Positions 7,747 through 15,852 of a DNA stretch of 46,719 bases are shown piece by piece. The notes under the pieces were generated by a model. That model had not been told where the DNA came from, made no database searches, and saw nothing but the letters and a program-made list of their open reading frames with translations. Each line of letters opens with the position of its first letter. Position 1 is the first letter of the stretch. The stretch spans positions 1 to 46,719 of the forward strand of contig JBKJTP010000278.1 of assembly GCA_046590195.1 (NCBI GenBank), written 5' to 3'. This DNA is from Candidatus Kapaibacterium sp. (lineage in GTDB: Bacteria > Bacteroidota > Ignavibacteria > Palsa-1295). The translations under genes and the position numbers were made by a program.

Positions 7747-8583
7747 ATGAAAAAGACTCAGATGTTTGTCGCCACGTTCGCAGCTTTTGCTCTGCTCGTT
7801 GGCTTTATGTGGATGCCTGCTTCCGTCATCACGGTAAAGGGTTCGGACACGATGGTGCAGCTTGCGCAGCGTTGGGCAGAAAAGTATATGAAGGATCACT
7901 CGGACGTGCAGCTCCAGGTGACTGGCGGTGGATCTGGTACTGGGATCAGTGCACTCATTAATGGCACGACCGAGATTTGCCTTTCTTCACGCCCAATGAA
8001 GGACAGCGAAAAGCTGAAGCTCCGCGAGCGATATGGCACCACAGGCATCGAGGTGCGCACGGCGAAGGACGGACTGACGGTTTTCTTGCACAATGGCAAT
8101 CCGGTAAAGGAGCTCTCATTCTCGCAGCTCCGCGATATCTACACGGGCAAGACAAAGAACTGGAAGGACGTCGGCGGCAAGGACGCATCGATCATCCTCT
8201 ACGGACGTGAAAATTCTTCAGGTACCTATGCTTTCTTCAAAGAGCACGTGCTCACGAATGCAGATTACTCGAACGGTATGCAGGCATTGCCAGGCACTGC
8301 AGCGGTCGTAAACGCCGTCCGTAAGGATGCGAACGGCATCGGCTTCGGTGGCGCAGGGTACGCTAAGGGTGTAAAGGAAGTGGCTGTTCGCCAGGGCGCG
8401 ACCGGCACCGCCTACCTCCCGTCGAAGGAAAATGTGGCTTCTGGCGTCTACCCGATCACCAGATTCCTCTATTTCTATCTCCGTCAAAAGCCTTCTGGTT
8501 CGACCCAGCAGTTCATTAAATGGGTCCTTGGCACCGAAGGTCAGGCGATCGTAACAAAAGAAGGTTTCTTCCCTGTAAAATAA
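7747..8583 (+). CDS. pstS: Phosphate ABC transporter substrate-binding protein PstS (paralogue 2)
   Basis: 278 aa, collinear with paralogue 1. Shared blocks include VITVKGSDTMVQLAQRWAEKYMK, GGGSGTG, SSRPMKDSEK, GRENSSGTYAFFKEHVL and ALPGTAAVVNAV. It has a hydrophobic N-terminus without a lipobox Cys. Confidence 0.85.
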   Translation: MKKTQMFVATFAAFALLVGFMWMPASVITVKGSDTMVQLAQRWAEKYMKDHSDVQLQVTGGGSGTGISALINGTTEICLSSRPMKDSEKLKLRERYGTTGIEVRTAKDGLTVFLHNGNPVKELSFSQLRDIYTGKTKNWKDVGGKDASIILYGRENSSGTYAFFKEHVLTNADYSNGMQALPGTAAVVNAVRKDANGIGFGGAGYAKGVKEVAVRQGATGTAYLPSKENVASGVYPITRFLYFYLRQKPSGSTQQFIKWVLGTEGQAIVTKEGFFPVK

Positions 8584-8596
8584 TCGTTAATACTGT

Positions 8597-8646
8597 GGAG
8601 CCGCGGCTAATCATCCATTGGATTGCCGCGCCTCCTTCGTATTTTT
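8597..8646 (+). terminator. Hairpin plus T-tract between pstS2 and pstC (attenuator or partial terminator)
   Basis: GGAGCCGCGGC ... GCCGCGCCTCC (11 bp, 1 mismatch) enclosing an ATCC-att-GGAT tip, followed by ttcgtattttt. Confidence 0.6.
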
Positions 8647-8738
8647 GCGCTCCCGAAGGCTCGGCCAGAAATAATGACGAGCAAACAGCAGTTCTCCAGT
8701 GCTATTCCAGAGACACTATCCGCATCCTCCCTGCATAA

Positions 8739-10187
8739 ATGGACAACGAGTCTAGGAACATCCCCCGGGACGATGCCGAACGCAACTCGCCCGATGATAA
8801 GAACGTCTCGATCGGTGGGCCGCTCGCCAGCATGCCTGTGCGAATGGATGAGTCTGTCGGCGTACCTGAGTACGATACCTCTCATCCACCCAGGGGCAAC
8901 CGCGAGAAGCTGAAGTTAGGCAAAAAGTCGCGCGTCATGGAAATGATCGTCGAACAGATGATCAAGATGTTCGCTTTCTCAGCCTTCGCCGCGATCATTC
9001 TGATCTTCGTATTCGTCTTTCGCGAAGCGTCTCCGATGTTCTTCGGCGGCAGTAAGCCGCATGGTGTCTCGACTTCAACGTCGAGCGGAACACAGCAGGA
9101 AACCTACGGCGAACCATCGAGTTCGAACACGACGACAAACGGCGGCACGATCCAGCAGGAAGTCTACGACCCGCTCTCGGAAGAGACGAAGGCGCCAGCG
9201 GAAACGGCTACCGCGACTGACAACCAATACACGAAGTCGACCGGCGATGGAGTTGTCGAGCAGGAAGTGTATGATCCCCTAGCGGAAGACCCGGCCAACA
9301 ATCCAGCGCCAGCTGTAGAAACACCTACTCCGGCGATCAAAGATCAGGCAACACTGAACCGCGAACAGCTCGCACTCGATAGCCTCAAGCGCGAAGAGGC
9401 AAGGATCGCAGAGGAAGCGTCACACGCGACAGATATTGACAAACTGCTGATCGATACATGGCAGCCAGTTTCCGAAGTACCTAAGTACGGCTTGATACCT
9501 CTCTTCGTAGGCACACTTAAGGTCACGCTGCTCGCGCTTCTGTTTGCAACACCGCTCGCTGTGCTTGCAGCGCTCTACACATCGACCTTTGCCCCGAAGT
9601 GGGCGCGTGAGTTTGTCAAGCCAGCGATCGAGTTACTCGCAGGATTTCCAAGCGTCGTGATCGGATTCTTTGCACTGATCGTCATGGCGACGATCATGCA
9701 GGACTTCTTCGATTACCAATTCCGATTGAATTCGCTCGTTGGCGGAATCGCGATGAGCTTTGCCGTCATACCAATCATCTATACGATCTCGGAAGATGCA
9801 TTGGTCTCCGTACCGAAGTCGCTGAAGGAAGCAAGCGACGCACTCGGCGCAACCAAGTGGCAAACGGCATGGCGCGTGGTATTACCGGCCGCCGTGCCTG
9901 GTGTCTTTGCCGCAGTGGTGCTCGGCTTTGGTCGTGCATTCGGTGAGACGATGATCGCGCTGATGGCAACAGGAAATGCGCCACTGACGAGCTGGAATAT
10001 CCTCGAACCTGTCCGTACCTTCTCTGCAACGATCGGCGCCGAAATGGCAGAGGTCGTCTTCGGAGATCAACATTACAATGTATTGTTCTTCATCGGAGCA
10101 CTGCTCTTCATCTTCACATTCACGATGAACGCAGTGGTCGAGTTCTGGGTGAGAAAGAGATTGCTTCGGAGGATCCAGGGACGCTAA
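8739..10187 (+). CDS. pstC: Phosphate ABC transporter permease PstC with a large low-complexity insert
   Basis: The conserved C-terminal two thirds carry multiple TM segments and the EAA-type loop EASDALGATKWQTAWRVVLPAAVPG. The start is uncertain (ATG 8739; alternative ATG 8937 = MEMIVEQ...). The stop overlaps the pstA start (TAATG). Confidence 0.8.
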   Translation: MDNESRNIPRDDAERNSPDDKNVSIGGPLASMPVRMDESVGVPEYDTSHPPRGNREKLKLGKKSRVMEMIVEQMIKMFAFSAFAAIILIFVFVFREASPMFFGGSKPHGVSTSTSSGTQQETYGEPSSSNTTTNGGTIQQEVYDPLSEETKAPAETATATDNQYTKSTGDGVVEQEVYDPLAEDPANNPAPAVETPTPAIKDQATLNREQLALDSLKREEARIAEEASHATDIDKLLIDTWQPVSEVPKYGLIPLFVGTLKVTLLALLFATPLAVLAALYTSTFAPKWAREFVKPAIELLAGFPSVVIGFFALIVMATIMQDFFDYQFRLNSLVGGIAMSFAVIPIIYTISEDALVSVPKSLKEASDALGATKWQTAWRVVLPAAVPGVFAAVVLGFGRAFGETMIALMATGNAPLTSWNILEPVRTFSATIGAEMAEVVFGDQHYNVLFFIGALLFIFTFTMNAVVEFWVRKRLLRRIQGR

Positions 10188-11104
10188 TGGCTACGAACAA
10201 ACAACGCAAACGGCAGGTCATCGACTCGACAGCAAGTTCTATCACGGCCCTCTGTGCCGCGCTGATCATTGCACTCGTCGTCGGGATCTTCTCCACAATC
10301 ATTATCGGCGGATTGCCGAATCTATCATGGGAATTCCTGACGGCACAGCCGACAGATGGAATGACCAAGGGCGGTATCTTTCCCGCGATCATCGGCACAG
10401 TGTTCATGACGCTGCTGATGTCGATCATGGCTGTGCCTCTCGGGACGATCACCGCGATCTATCTTTCGGAATATGCAAAGCCTGCCTCGATCTTCGCACG
10501 TATCATTCGCTTCGCAGTCAACACACTTGCTAGCGTACCCGCGATCGTATTTGGTCTGTTCGGTCTTGGCTTTTTTGTGCAGTTCGTCGGTAAGGGTTTG
10601 GATGGTGCATTCTCGGGCGGAGAGCTGCTGTGGGGACAGCCGAACATTCTATGGGCATCCATGACGATGGCATTGCTCACATTGCCTGTCGTGATCGTCG
10701 CAGTAGAGGAGGCGATCCGTACAGTGCCGCGAGAAGTGCGCGAAGCTTCGCTAGCTTTAGGTGCGACCAAGTTACAAACGATCTACAAGATCGTCTTGCC
10801 AGGATCGATCTCGGGCATCCTGACAGGTATGATCCTCGCGATCTCCAGAGGTGCTGGTGAAGTTGCGCCGATCCTCTTCACAGGGGCCGCATTCTTCCTG
10901 CCACACACGCCTGATCAACTGACCGATCAGTTCATGCATCTAGGGTATCACATCTATGTGCTCTCGACGCAATCGGCAAACGTTGAACTTACGATCCCAT
11001 TGCAGTACACGACGACGCTCGTACTATTGATGCTCACGTTTGGACTGAATATCTCGGCCGTATTGTTGCGCTCACGACTCCGGGCGAGAGCCGCTGGGGT
11101 CTAA
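10187..11104 (+). CDS. pstA: Phosphate ABC transporter permease PstA
   Basis: 305 aa with multiple TM segments and the loop EASLALGATKLQTIYKIVLPGSISG. Translationally coupled to pstC. Confidence 0.85.
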   Translation: MATNKQRKRQVIDSTASSITALCAALIIALVVGIFSTIIIGGLPNLSWEFLTAQPTDGMTKGGIFPAIIGTVFMTLLMSIMAVPLGTITAIYLSEYAKPASIFARIIRFAVNTLASVPAIVFGLFGLGFFVQFVGKGLDGAFSGGELLWGQPNILWASMTMALLTLPVVIVAVEEAIRTVPREVREASLALGATKLQTIYKIVLPGSISGILTGMILAISRGAGEVAPILFTGAAFFLPHTPDQLTDQFMHLGYHIYVLSTQSANVELTIPLQYTTTLVLLMLTFGLNISAVLLRSRLRARAAGV

Positions 11105-11119
11105 CGATCTTATTAATTA

Positions 11120-11992
11120 ATGGACCAGAACACGCTCGATACAGAGCGCCATCAGGACAACATGCCCGTAAGCGCATCAACACGAGATACGCGGATCCAT
11201 ACCGCATTCGATCGAGAGGATAAGCCTGCGGAGAAGCGCGGAATGAAGATCGTGACGAACGATCTCGATCTTTTCTACGGCACGAAACAAGCGCTGAGCA
11301 AAGTAACCCTCAATATTCCTGAGCGTCAGGTCATGGCGTTCATTGGGCCATCGGGATGTGGTAAGTCGACATACCTTCGTACGATCAACCGCATGAACGA
11401 TCTCATTCCTGGGGTCAAGATCACTGGCGAAGTAAAGATCGATGGCGTTGATATCTATGACCGCGATCTAGATGTGGTCGAGTTGCGTCAGCGCGTAGGC
11501 ATGGTGTTCCAGAAGTCGAACCCATTTCCGAAGTCGGTATGGGAGAATGTAGCCTACGGACCGAAGATCCTTGGCGAGAAGAACAAGACCAAGCTGAATG
11601 AGATCGTTGAGCGAAGCTTGAAGCAGGCCGCGATCTGGGATGAGGTAAAAGATCGCTTGCAGAATTCAGCATTGAGCCTATCGGGCGGACAGCAGCAGCG
11701 TCTTTGTATCGCACGCGCATTGGCAGTTGATCCAGAAGTTCTCTTGATGGATGAACCTGCGAGCGCACTCGACCCGATCAGCACAGCAAAGATCGAGGAG
11801 CTCATCTTCGATCTCAAGCAAGTATACACGATCGCAATCGTCACGCACAACATGCAGCAGGCGGCGCGCGTGAGCGACTTCACAGCATTCTTCTACATGG
11901 GAGAACTGATCGAGGTCGGCGAGACTCGCAATATGTTCACAAACCCTGCAAAGAAGCAGACCGAAGATTACATCACAGGCCGCTTCGGCTAA
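11120..11992 (+). CDS. pstB: Phosphate ABC transporter ATP-binding protein PstB
   Basis: Motifs [12 protein letters not shown], Walker [10 protein letters not shown], signature [15 protein letters not shown], Walker [13 protein letters not shown]-loop VTHNM. There are about 41 aa of N-terminal extension if 11120 is the start. Confidence 0.9.
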   Translation: MDQNTLDTERHQDNMPVSASTRDTRIHTAFDREDKPAEKRGMKIVTNDLDLFYGTKQALSKVTLNIPERQVMAFIGPSGCGKSTYLRTINRMNDLIPGVKITGEVKIDGVDIYDRDLDVVELRQRVGMVFQKSNPFPKSVWENVAYGPKILGEKNKTKLNEIVERSLKQAAIWDEVKDRLQNSALSLSGGQQQRLCIARALAVDPEVLLMDEPASALDPISTAKIEELIFDLKQVYTIAIVTHNMQQAARVSDFTAFFYMGELIEVGETRNMFTNPAKKQTEDYITGRFG

Positions 11993-12004
11993 GGTAAAAG
12001 TCTC

Positions 12005-12080
12005 GAGTGCTGAGTCCTGAGTGCTACACACACTCTGCAGGACATCGGTACTCAGCACTCAGCACTCAATACTCAGCACT
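12005..12080. repeat. Imperfect palindromic intergenic element built from CTCAGCACT / AGTGCTGAG units (copy 1)
   Basis: GAGTGCTGAGTCCTGAGTGCT ... ACTCAGCACTCAGCACTCAATACTCAGCACT. The 5' arm GAGTGCTGAGT is the exact reverse complement of ACTCAGCACTC, which is present twice in the 3' arm. Confidence 0.7.
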
Positions 12081-12086
12081 ATAGAA

Positions 12087-12776
12087 ATGGGAATGCACAG
12101 GCATTTTGAGGACGAACTCGATACGCTACGGACACTATTGATCCGTATGGGTTCGCTCGTGGATGAACAGATCGAGCTTGCAGCAAAAGCGCTCATGACC
12201 TCGAATGTTGAGCTGTCGAAGCTCGTCATCGAGCGTGAACGCCGAGTCAATGAGTTCGACCTGATGATCGAAGGACAATGCCAACGCATTTTCGCGCTCT
12301 CGCAGCCCGTCGCGATCGATCTCCGCCTGATCATGGCAGCCATGCGAATGAACTCCGATCTCGAGCGCATTGGTGATATCGCAGTCAATCTCGCTGAACG
12401 TGTTGAGCCGCTGACAGAGCATTACAGTTTACTCGAGCGCGTCAATGCACCGCTGATGATCGAGACCGCTCGCCAGATGTTGAGCGATGCTTTCGATGCG
12501 TTCATCAACAATGATTCGAATCTTGCCCGCTCGGTCTTCGGAAAAGATGACATCGTTGATGACATCGCTCGCGACGCATTTTATAAGTTGATCGAAGAGA
12601 TGAAGCGCGATCCATTGCTCATCGAGCCGGGTGCGCACGGTATGGCTACGCTACGCCACGTCGAGCGTTTGGCCGATCACGCGACGAATATCGCTGAGGA
12701 CGTGATCTTCATTGTTGAGGCGAAGATGCTGAAGCACCAGTCGATCCAAACCGGAACACAAGGAAGTCCGAACTGA
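12087..12776 (+). CDS. phoU: Phosphate signalling complex protein PhoU
   Basis: Two PhoU repeats with LERIGDIAVNLAE and VERLADHATNIAEDV. The ATG at 12087 (MGMHRHFEDELDTL...) is preferred, because the ORF-track start at 12021 lies inside the palindromic repeat. Confidence 0.85.
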   Translation: MGMHRHFEDELDTLRTLLIRMGSLVDEQIELAAKALMTSNVELSKLVIERERRVNEFDLMIEGQCQRIFALSQPVAIDLRLIMAAMRMNSDLERIGDIAVNLAERVEPLTEHYSLLERVNAPLMIETARQMLSDAFDAFINNDSNLARSVFGKDDIVDDIARDAFYKLIEEMKRDPLLIEPGAHGMATLRHVERLADHATNIAEDVIFIVEAKMLKHQSIQTGTQGSPN

Positions 12777-12811
12777 TCAGGTCGAACTGATTAAAGACGA
12801 TTCGCATTTTT

Positions 12812-12849
12812 GGGCTGCGCAACGTGAGGTGTCGCAGCCCTTTCTTTTC
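12812..12849 (+). terminator. Rho-independent terminator after phoU
   Basis: GGGCTGCG-13 nt-CGCAGCCC followed by TTTCTTTTC. Confidence 0.65.
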
Positions 12850-12874
12850 ACTACGATCTCCGACTAAACCTGCC

Positions 12875-13840
12875 ATGCAGTATACCAATCTCGGCCGTAC
12901 CGGTCTCAGTGTAAGCAAGCTTTGCCTTGGTACGATGAACTTCGGCCCGTTCACTCCCGAAGAAGATGCATTCCGGATCATGGATCGTGCGCTCGAGCTT
13001 GGTATCAACTTTTTCGATACAGCCGACGTCTACGGTCAATCATCAGGCAAAGGCGCCACCGAGCGCATCATTGGCCGCTGGTTTGCCCAGGGCGATGGAC
13101 GACGTGAAAAAGTGGTGCTTGCTACGAAGCTCTATGGCGAGATGGATACCTGGCCGAACAACGCCAAGATATCCGCGCTCTACATCAAGCGCGCCTGTGA
13201 GGCCAGCCTGAAGCGCTTGCAGACCGATTATCTCGATCTCTATCAGATGCACCACATCTGGCGCAAAGCACCGTGGGAAGAGACGTGGCAGGCGTTCGAG
13301 CAACTCTACCGCGAAGGCAAGATCGTGTATGTCGGATCATCGAACTTCGCTGGCTGGCATATTGCAAAAGCGAACGAAGAAGCAAAGCGTCGCAACTTCA
13401 TGGGACTCGTGTGCGAACAGAGCATCTACAGTCTCATCAATCGCAATGTGGAGCTTGAGGTGATCCCTGCATGCGAAGGCTATGGACTTGGCTTTATTCC
13501 CTGGAGCCCACTCGCAGGCGGAGCGCTTGCCGGACTCAAGCGTGATGGACAGCGCGTAAGCAATCCTCGCATCCAGGAGCGCATGAAGCGCGACCACGAG
13601 AAGTTCAATGCATACGAGCAACTGTGTAGTCATATCGGCGAAGCGCCGGCAGACGTAGCGCTCGCATGGGTGCTGAAGAATCCGAATGTGACAGCTCCGA
13701 TCATCGGACCTCGTACGATGGAGCAACTCGATGGCTCCATGCACGCGCTCGAGATGACGCTAAGCGAAGAGACGCTGACGAAGCTTGACGTCATCTTCCC
13801 CGGACCTGGTGGGGCAGCACCGGAAGCATATGCGTGGTAG
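12875..13840 (+). CDS. Aldo/keto reductase family oxidoreductase
   Basis: The ATG at 12875 gives MQYTNLGRTGLSVSKLCLGTMNFG. Motif INFFDTADVYG and further AKR-like blocks follow. The upstream GTG at 12824 lies within the phoU terminator. Confidence 0.85.
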   Translation: MQYTNLGRTGLSVSKLCLGTMNFGPFTPEEDAFRIMDRALELGINFFDTADVYGQSSGKGATERIIGRWFAQGDGRREKVVLATKLYGEMDTWPNNAKISALYIKRACEASLKRLQTDYLDLYQMHHIWRKAPWEETWQAFEQLYREGKIVYVGSSNFAGWHIAKANEEAKRRNFMGLVCEQSIYSLINRNVELEVIPACEGYGLGFIPWSPLAGGALAGLKRDGQRVSNPRIQERMKRDHEKFNAYEQLCSHIGEAPADVALAWVLKNPNVTAPIIGPRTMEQLDGSMHALEMTLSEETLTKLDVIFPGPGGAAPEAYAW

Positions 13841-13857
13841 TCGCTAGCGTCTAGCGT

Positions 13858-14322
13858 TCAGCATTTGGTCGTGTCCGTTTCTACTGCGAAGTTCTTCTGA
13901 AGATTTGCAAGGACATTAGTCCACCCTGCATCAAAGAACGTGATAAGCTCATCCCACCTGCCACCGATACCGAACCCCATGTGAGTGAGGATCAGGCGAT
14001 AGTGCGTCTCGTTGTGGCGATCGATCTCGACGACGACTTTTGTGTGCTGCTCGCGCTCTTCTGAGAATGATGAGGGAGCATTCCACGAGAAGGTGACGTA
14101 GTCCATCGGCCAGAATGCGAGCACTTTGCAGCCCTCACTGCCCTGAAGCCCTGCAGGGTTCTCAAGCTCGAAGTAACATTCATAGGCACCACCTACCGAA
14201 AGCTCTATCTTTGCTTTCGGAGCAAAAAAGCTTGTGACGCCGGCTTCGGTCGTCCATGCGTCCCACAGCTCTTGCCGCGTGGCAGGAATGTGGACTTCCT
14301 TTCTGATGATCTTTTCTTCCAT
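13858..14322 (-). CDS. SRPBCC / AHSA1-like (START-fold) domain protein
   Basis: About 154 aa with the pattern EVHIPATRQELWDAWTTEAGVTSFFAPKAKIELSVGGAYECYF, typical of Aha1/SRPBCC small proteins. ATG at 14322 is preferred over the TTG at 14328. Confidence 0.65.
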   Translation of the reverse strand: MEEKIIRKEVHIPATRQELWDAWTTEAGVTSFFAPKAKIELSVGGAYECYFELENPAGLQGSEGCKVLAFWPMDYVTFSWNAPSSFSEEREQHTKVVVEIDRHNETHYRLILTHMGFGIGGRWDELITFFDAGWTNVLANLQKNFAVETDTTKC

Positions 14323-14327
14323 AGGCA

Positions 14328-14696
14328 ATGAGTAAAAAGGCTATGAGTAACAGCGGTCGCTATATCTATCACTTCACCGAACGCGAGACATACCAAAGTG
14401 CTCAGTCGCAGGGGTTTTACAAGCCACGAGCATTCGAAATGGATGGCTTCATCCACTGCTCGACCCGTGAGCAGGTTTTACACGTCGCGAACTTCATCGC
14501 GCCCAAGGATGGGGATCTGCTGCTGCTGGAGATCGATACGGAGAAAGTCAAAGCCGAGATCATTCATGAAAATCTCGAAGGCGGCGACCGGCTATTCCCA
14601 CACATCTACGGGCCGATTGATCTTGAAGCTGTCCTAAGAGCCGAGCGGTTTGGTGTGAATTCAGAGGGGGAGTTCGAACTGCCGGACGGGTACTAA
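14328..14696 (+). CDS. DUF952 family protein
   Basis: YHFTERETYQSAQSQGFYKP...DGFIHCSTREQVLHVANFIAP...LLLLEIDTEKV...LFPHIYGPIDLEAV matches my memory of the DUF952 signature (FIHCS...Q, FPHxYGP). Alternative start at 14343. Confidence 0.8.
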   Translation: MSKKAMSNSGRYIYHFTERETYQSAQSQGFYKPRAFEMDGFIHCSTREQVLHVANFIAPKDGDLLLLEIDTEKVKAEIIHENLEGGDRLFPHIYGPIDLEAVLRAERFGVNSEGEFELPDGY

Positions 14697-14733
14697 CCAG
14701 GTGGGTCGTAGGGACATTGAGGCTTTAAAATAT

Positions 14734-14772
14734 GAAAGGCGAGGACAATTAAATGTGCTCGCCTTTCTGTTC
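14734..14772 (+). terminator. Terminator-like hairpin after the DUF952 gene
   Basis: GAAAGGCGAG-14 nt-CTCGCCTTTC followed by tgttc. Confidence 0.55.
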
Positions 14773-14998
14773 TCTCGCCCTGTTCTTTATGTGACTGTAG
14801 GAGGTCAAGATGAGATAAAAAAGATCACAGTGAGGCATTTTCATACCGTCGCCTGTACTAATTTTAATATCGAAATCTTTGCCAAATGCACTGGCAATAT
14901 CGACTTGCCGATTCTAGCAAAATTTGACCGACTAAGTTGTTGCAATCTGCACTTGTCGTTACAAGCTGCAAACACGCTATGCGATTCGTGCGTACACT

Positions 14999-15835
14999 TT
15001 AAATTGCTTCTAGAACACCCAGCAAACTTAGCGTCAATAGGAAAGCGCCGAAGACGATACGGTAGATCCCGAAGCCAACAAAAGTATGCTTCTGGACAAA
15101 CTTGATCAGCCAGGCAACTACGACAAGCGCGGAGAAAAACGCTACGACAAACCCTACCACCAGCGCACCTATCATGCTCGTGTCAAAGAGCTCGCGGTAC
15201 TTCAGGATCTCGTAACCTGAGGCAGCAATCATGATCGGGAAGGAGAGGAGGAAGGAGAACTCCGTCGCGGCAGGACGGGTCATCCCTGAGAGCATGCCGC
15301 CCATGATCGTTGCGCCTGAGCGCGAGACGCCAGGAATAAGCGACACCACCTGGGCTAACCCCACATAGAGAGCCTCCTTGATACTCATGTCTTCGAGTGG
15401 GACAATGTGCTTGTCCGTGTCCGACTTTTTCTCAATGAAGATGATCGCAATACCTCCGAGGATCAAACTGATCGCTACCGTAAATGTAGAGAAGAGGTGC
15501 TTCGTGATGAACGGATGGAAAAAGTAACCGAAGACGACAGCGGGAATGAACGCGATCATCAGATTGGTGCGAAGCCTTCCGCCTGACGATACCACATCAC
15601 GGGATGTAAGCGTATTCCACAGCTTCTGACGGAAGTAATAGCCGACCGCGAGGATCGCTCCGAGCTGTATCACAACAATGAAAAGCTCTACTTTCTCAGC
15701 GCTACCGAGTTGCTGCTGAAACTTGAGAAAGTCACTTGCCACGATAAGGTGACCCGAAGAAGAGACCGGAATGAACTCTGTGAGTCCTTCAACGATACCA
15801 AGGATAACCGCAACCAACCACAATGAAGGTACCAA
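14999..15835 (-). CDS. uppP: Undecaprenyl-diphosphate phosphatase UppP (BacA)
   Basis: 278-aa polytopic protein. It has the N-terminal signature GIVEGLTEFIPVSSSGHL and a second conserved block PGVSRSGATIMGG. Confidence 0.9.
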   Translation of the reverse strand: MVPSLWLVAVILGIVEGLTEFIPVSSSGHLIVASDFLKFQQQLGSAEKVELFIVVIQLGAILAVGYYFRQKLWNTLTSRDVVSSGGRLRTNLMIAFIPAVVFGYFFHPFITKHLFSTFTVAISLILGGIAIIFIEKKSDTDKHIVPLEDMSIKEALYVGLAQVVSLIPGVSRSGATIMGGMLSGMTRPAATEFSFLLSFPIMIAASGYEILKYRELFDTSMIGALVVGFVVAFFSALVVVAWLIKFVQKHTFVGFGIYRIVFGAFLLTLSLLGVLEAI

Positions 15836-15852
15836 GAGAATTGAGAGAAGAG

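Noticed and set aside
8623-8913. 96-aa plus-strand ORF overlapping the pstS2-pstC spacer and the pstC 5' end.
   Set aside because: It is out of frame with pstC, starts inside the attenuator hairpin and has a junk-like translation. The uncertainty here concerns the pstC start (8739 or 8937), not an additional gene.
14799-14818. Perfect AGGAGG followed 5 nt later by ATG-AGA-TAA (a two-codon mini-ORF).
   Set aside because: It is too short to evaluate and is probably a chance occurrence in AT-rich spacer DNA. It is mentioned only within the intergenic-region finding.
14701-15105. 134-aa plus-strand ORF in the DUF952-uppP gap.
   Set aside because: It reads straight through the terminator hairpin at 14734-14772, overlaps the uppP 3' end, starts with GTG, and has an implausible composition.
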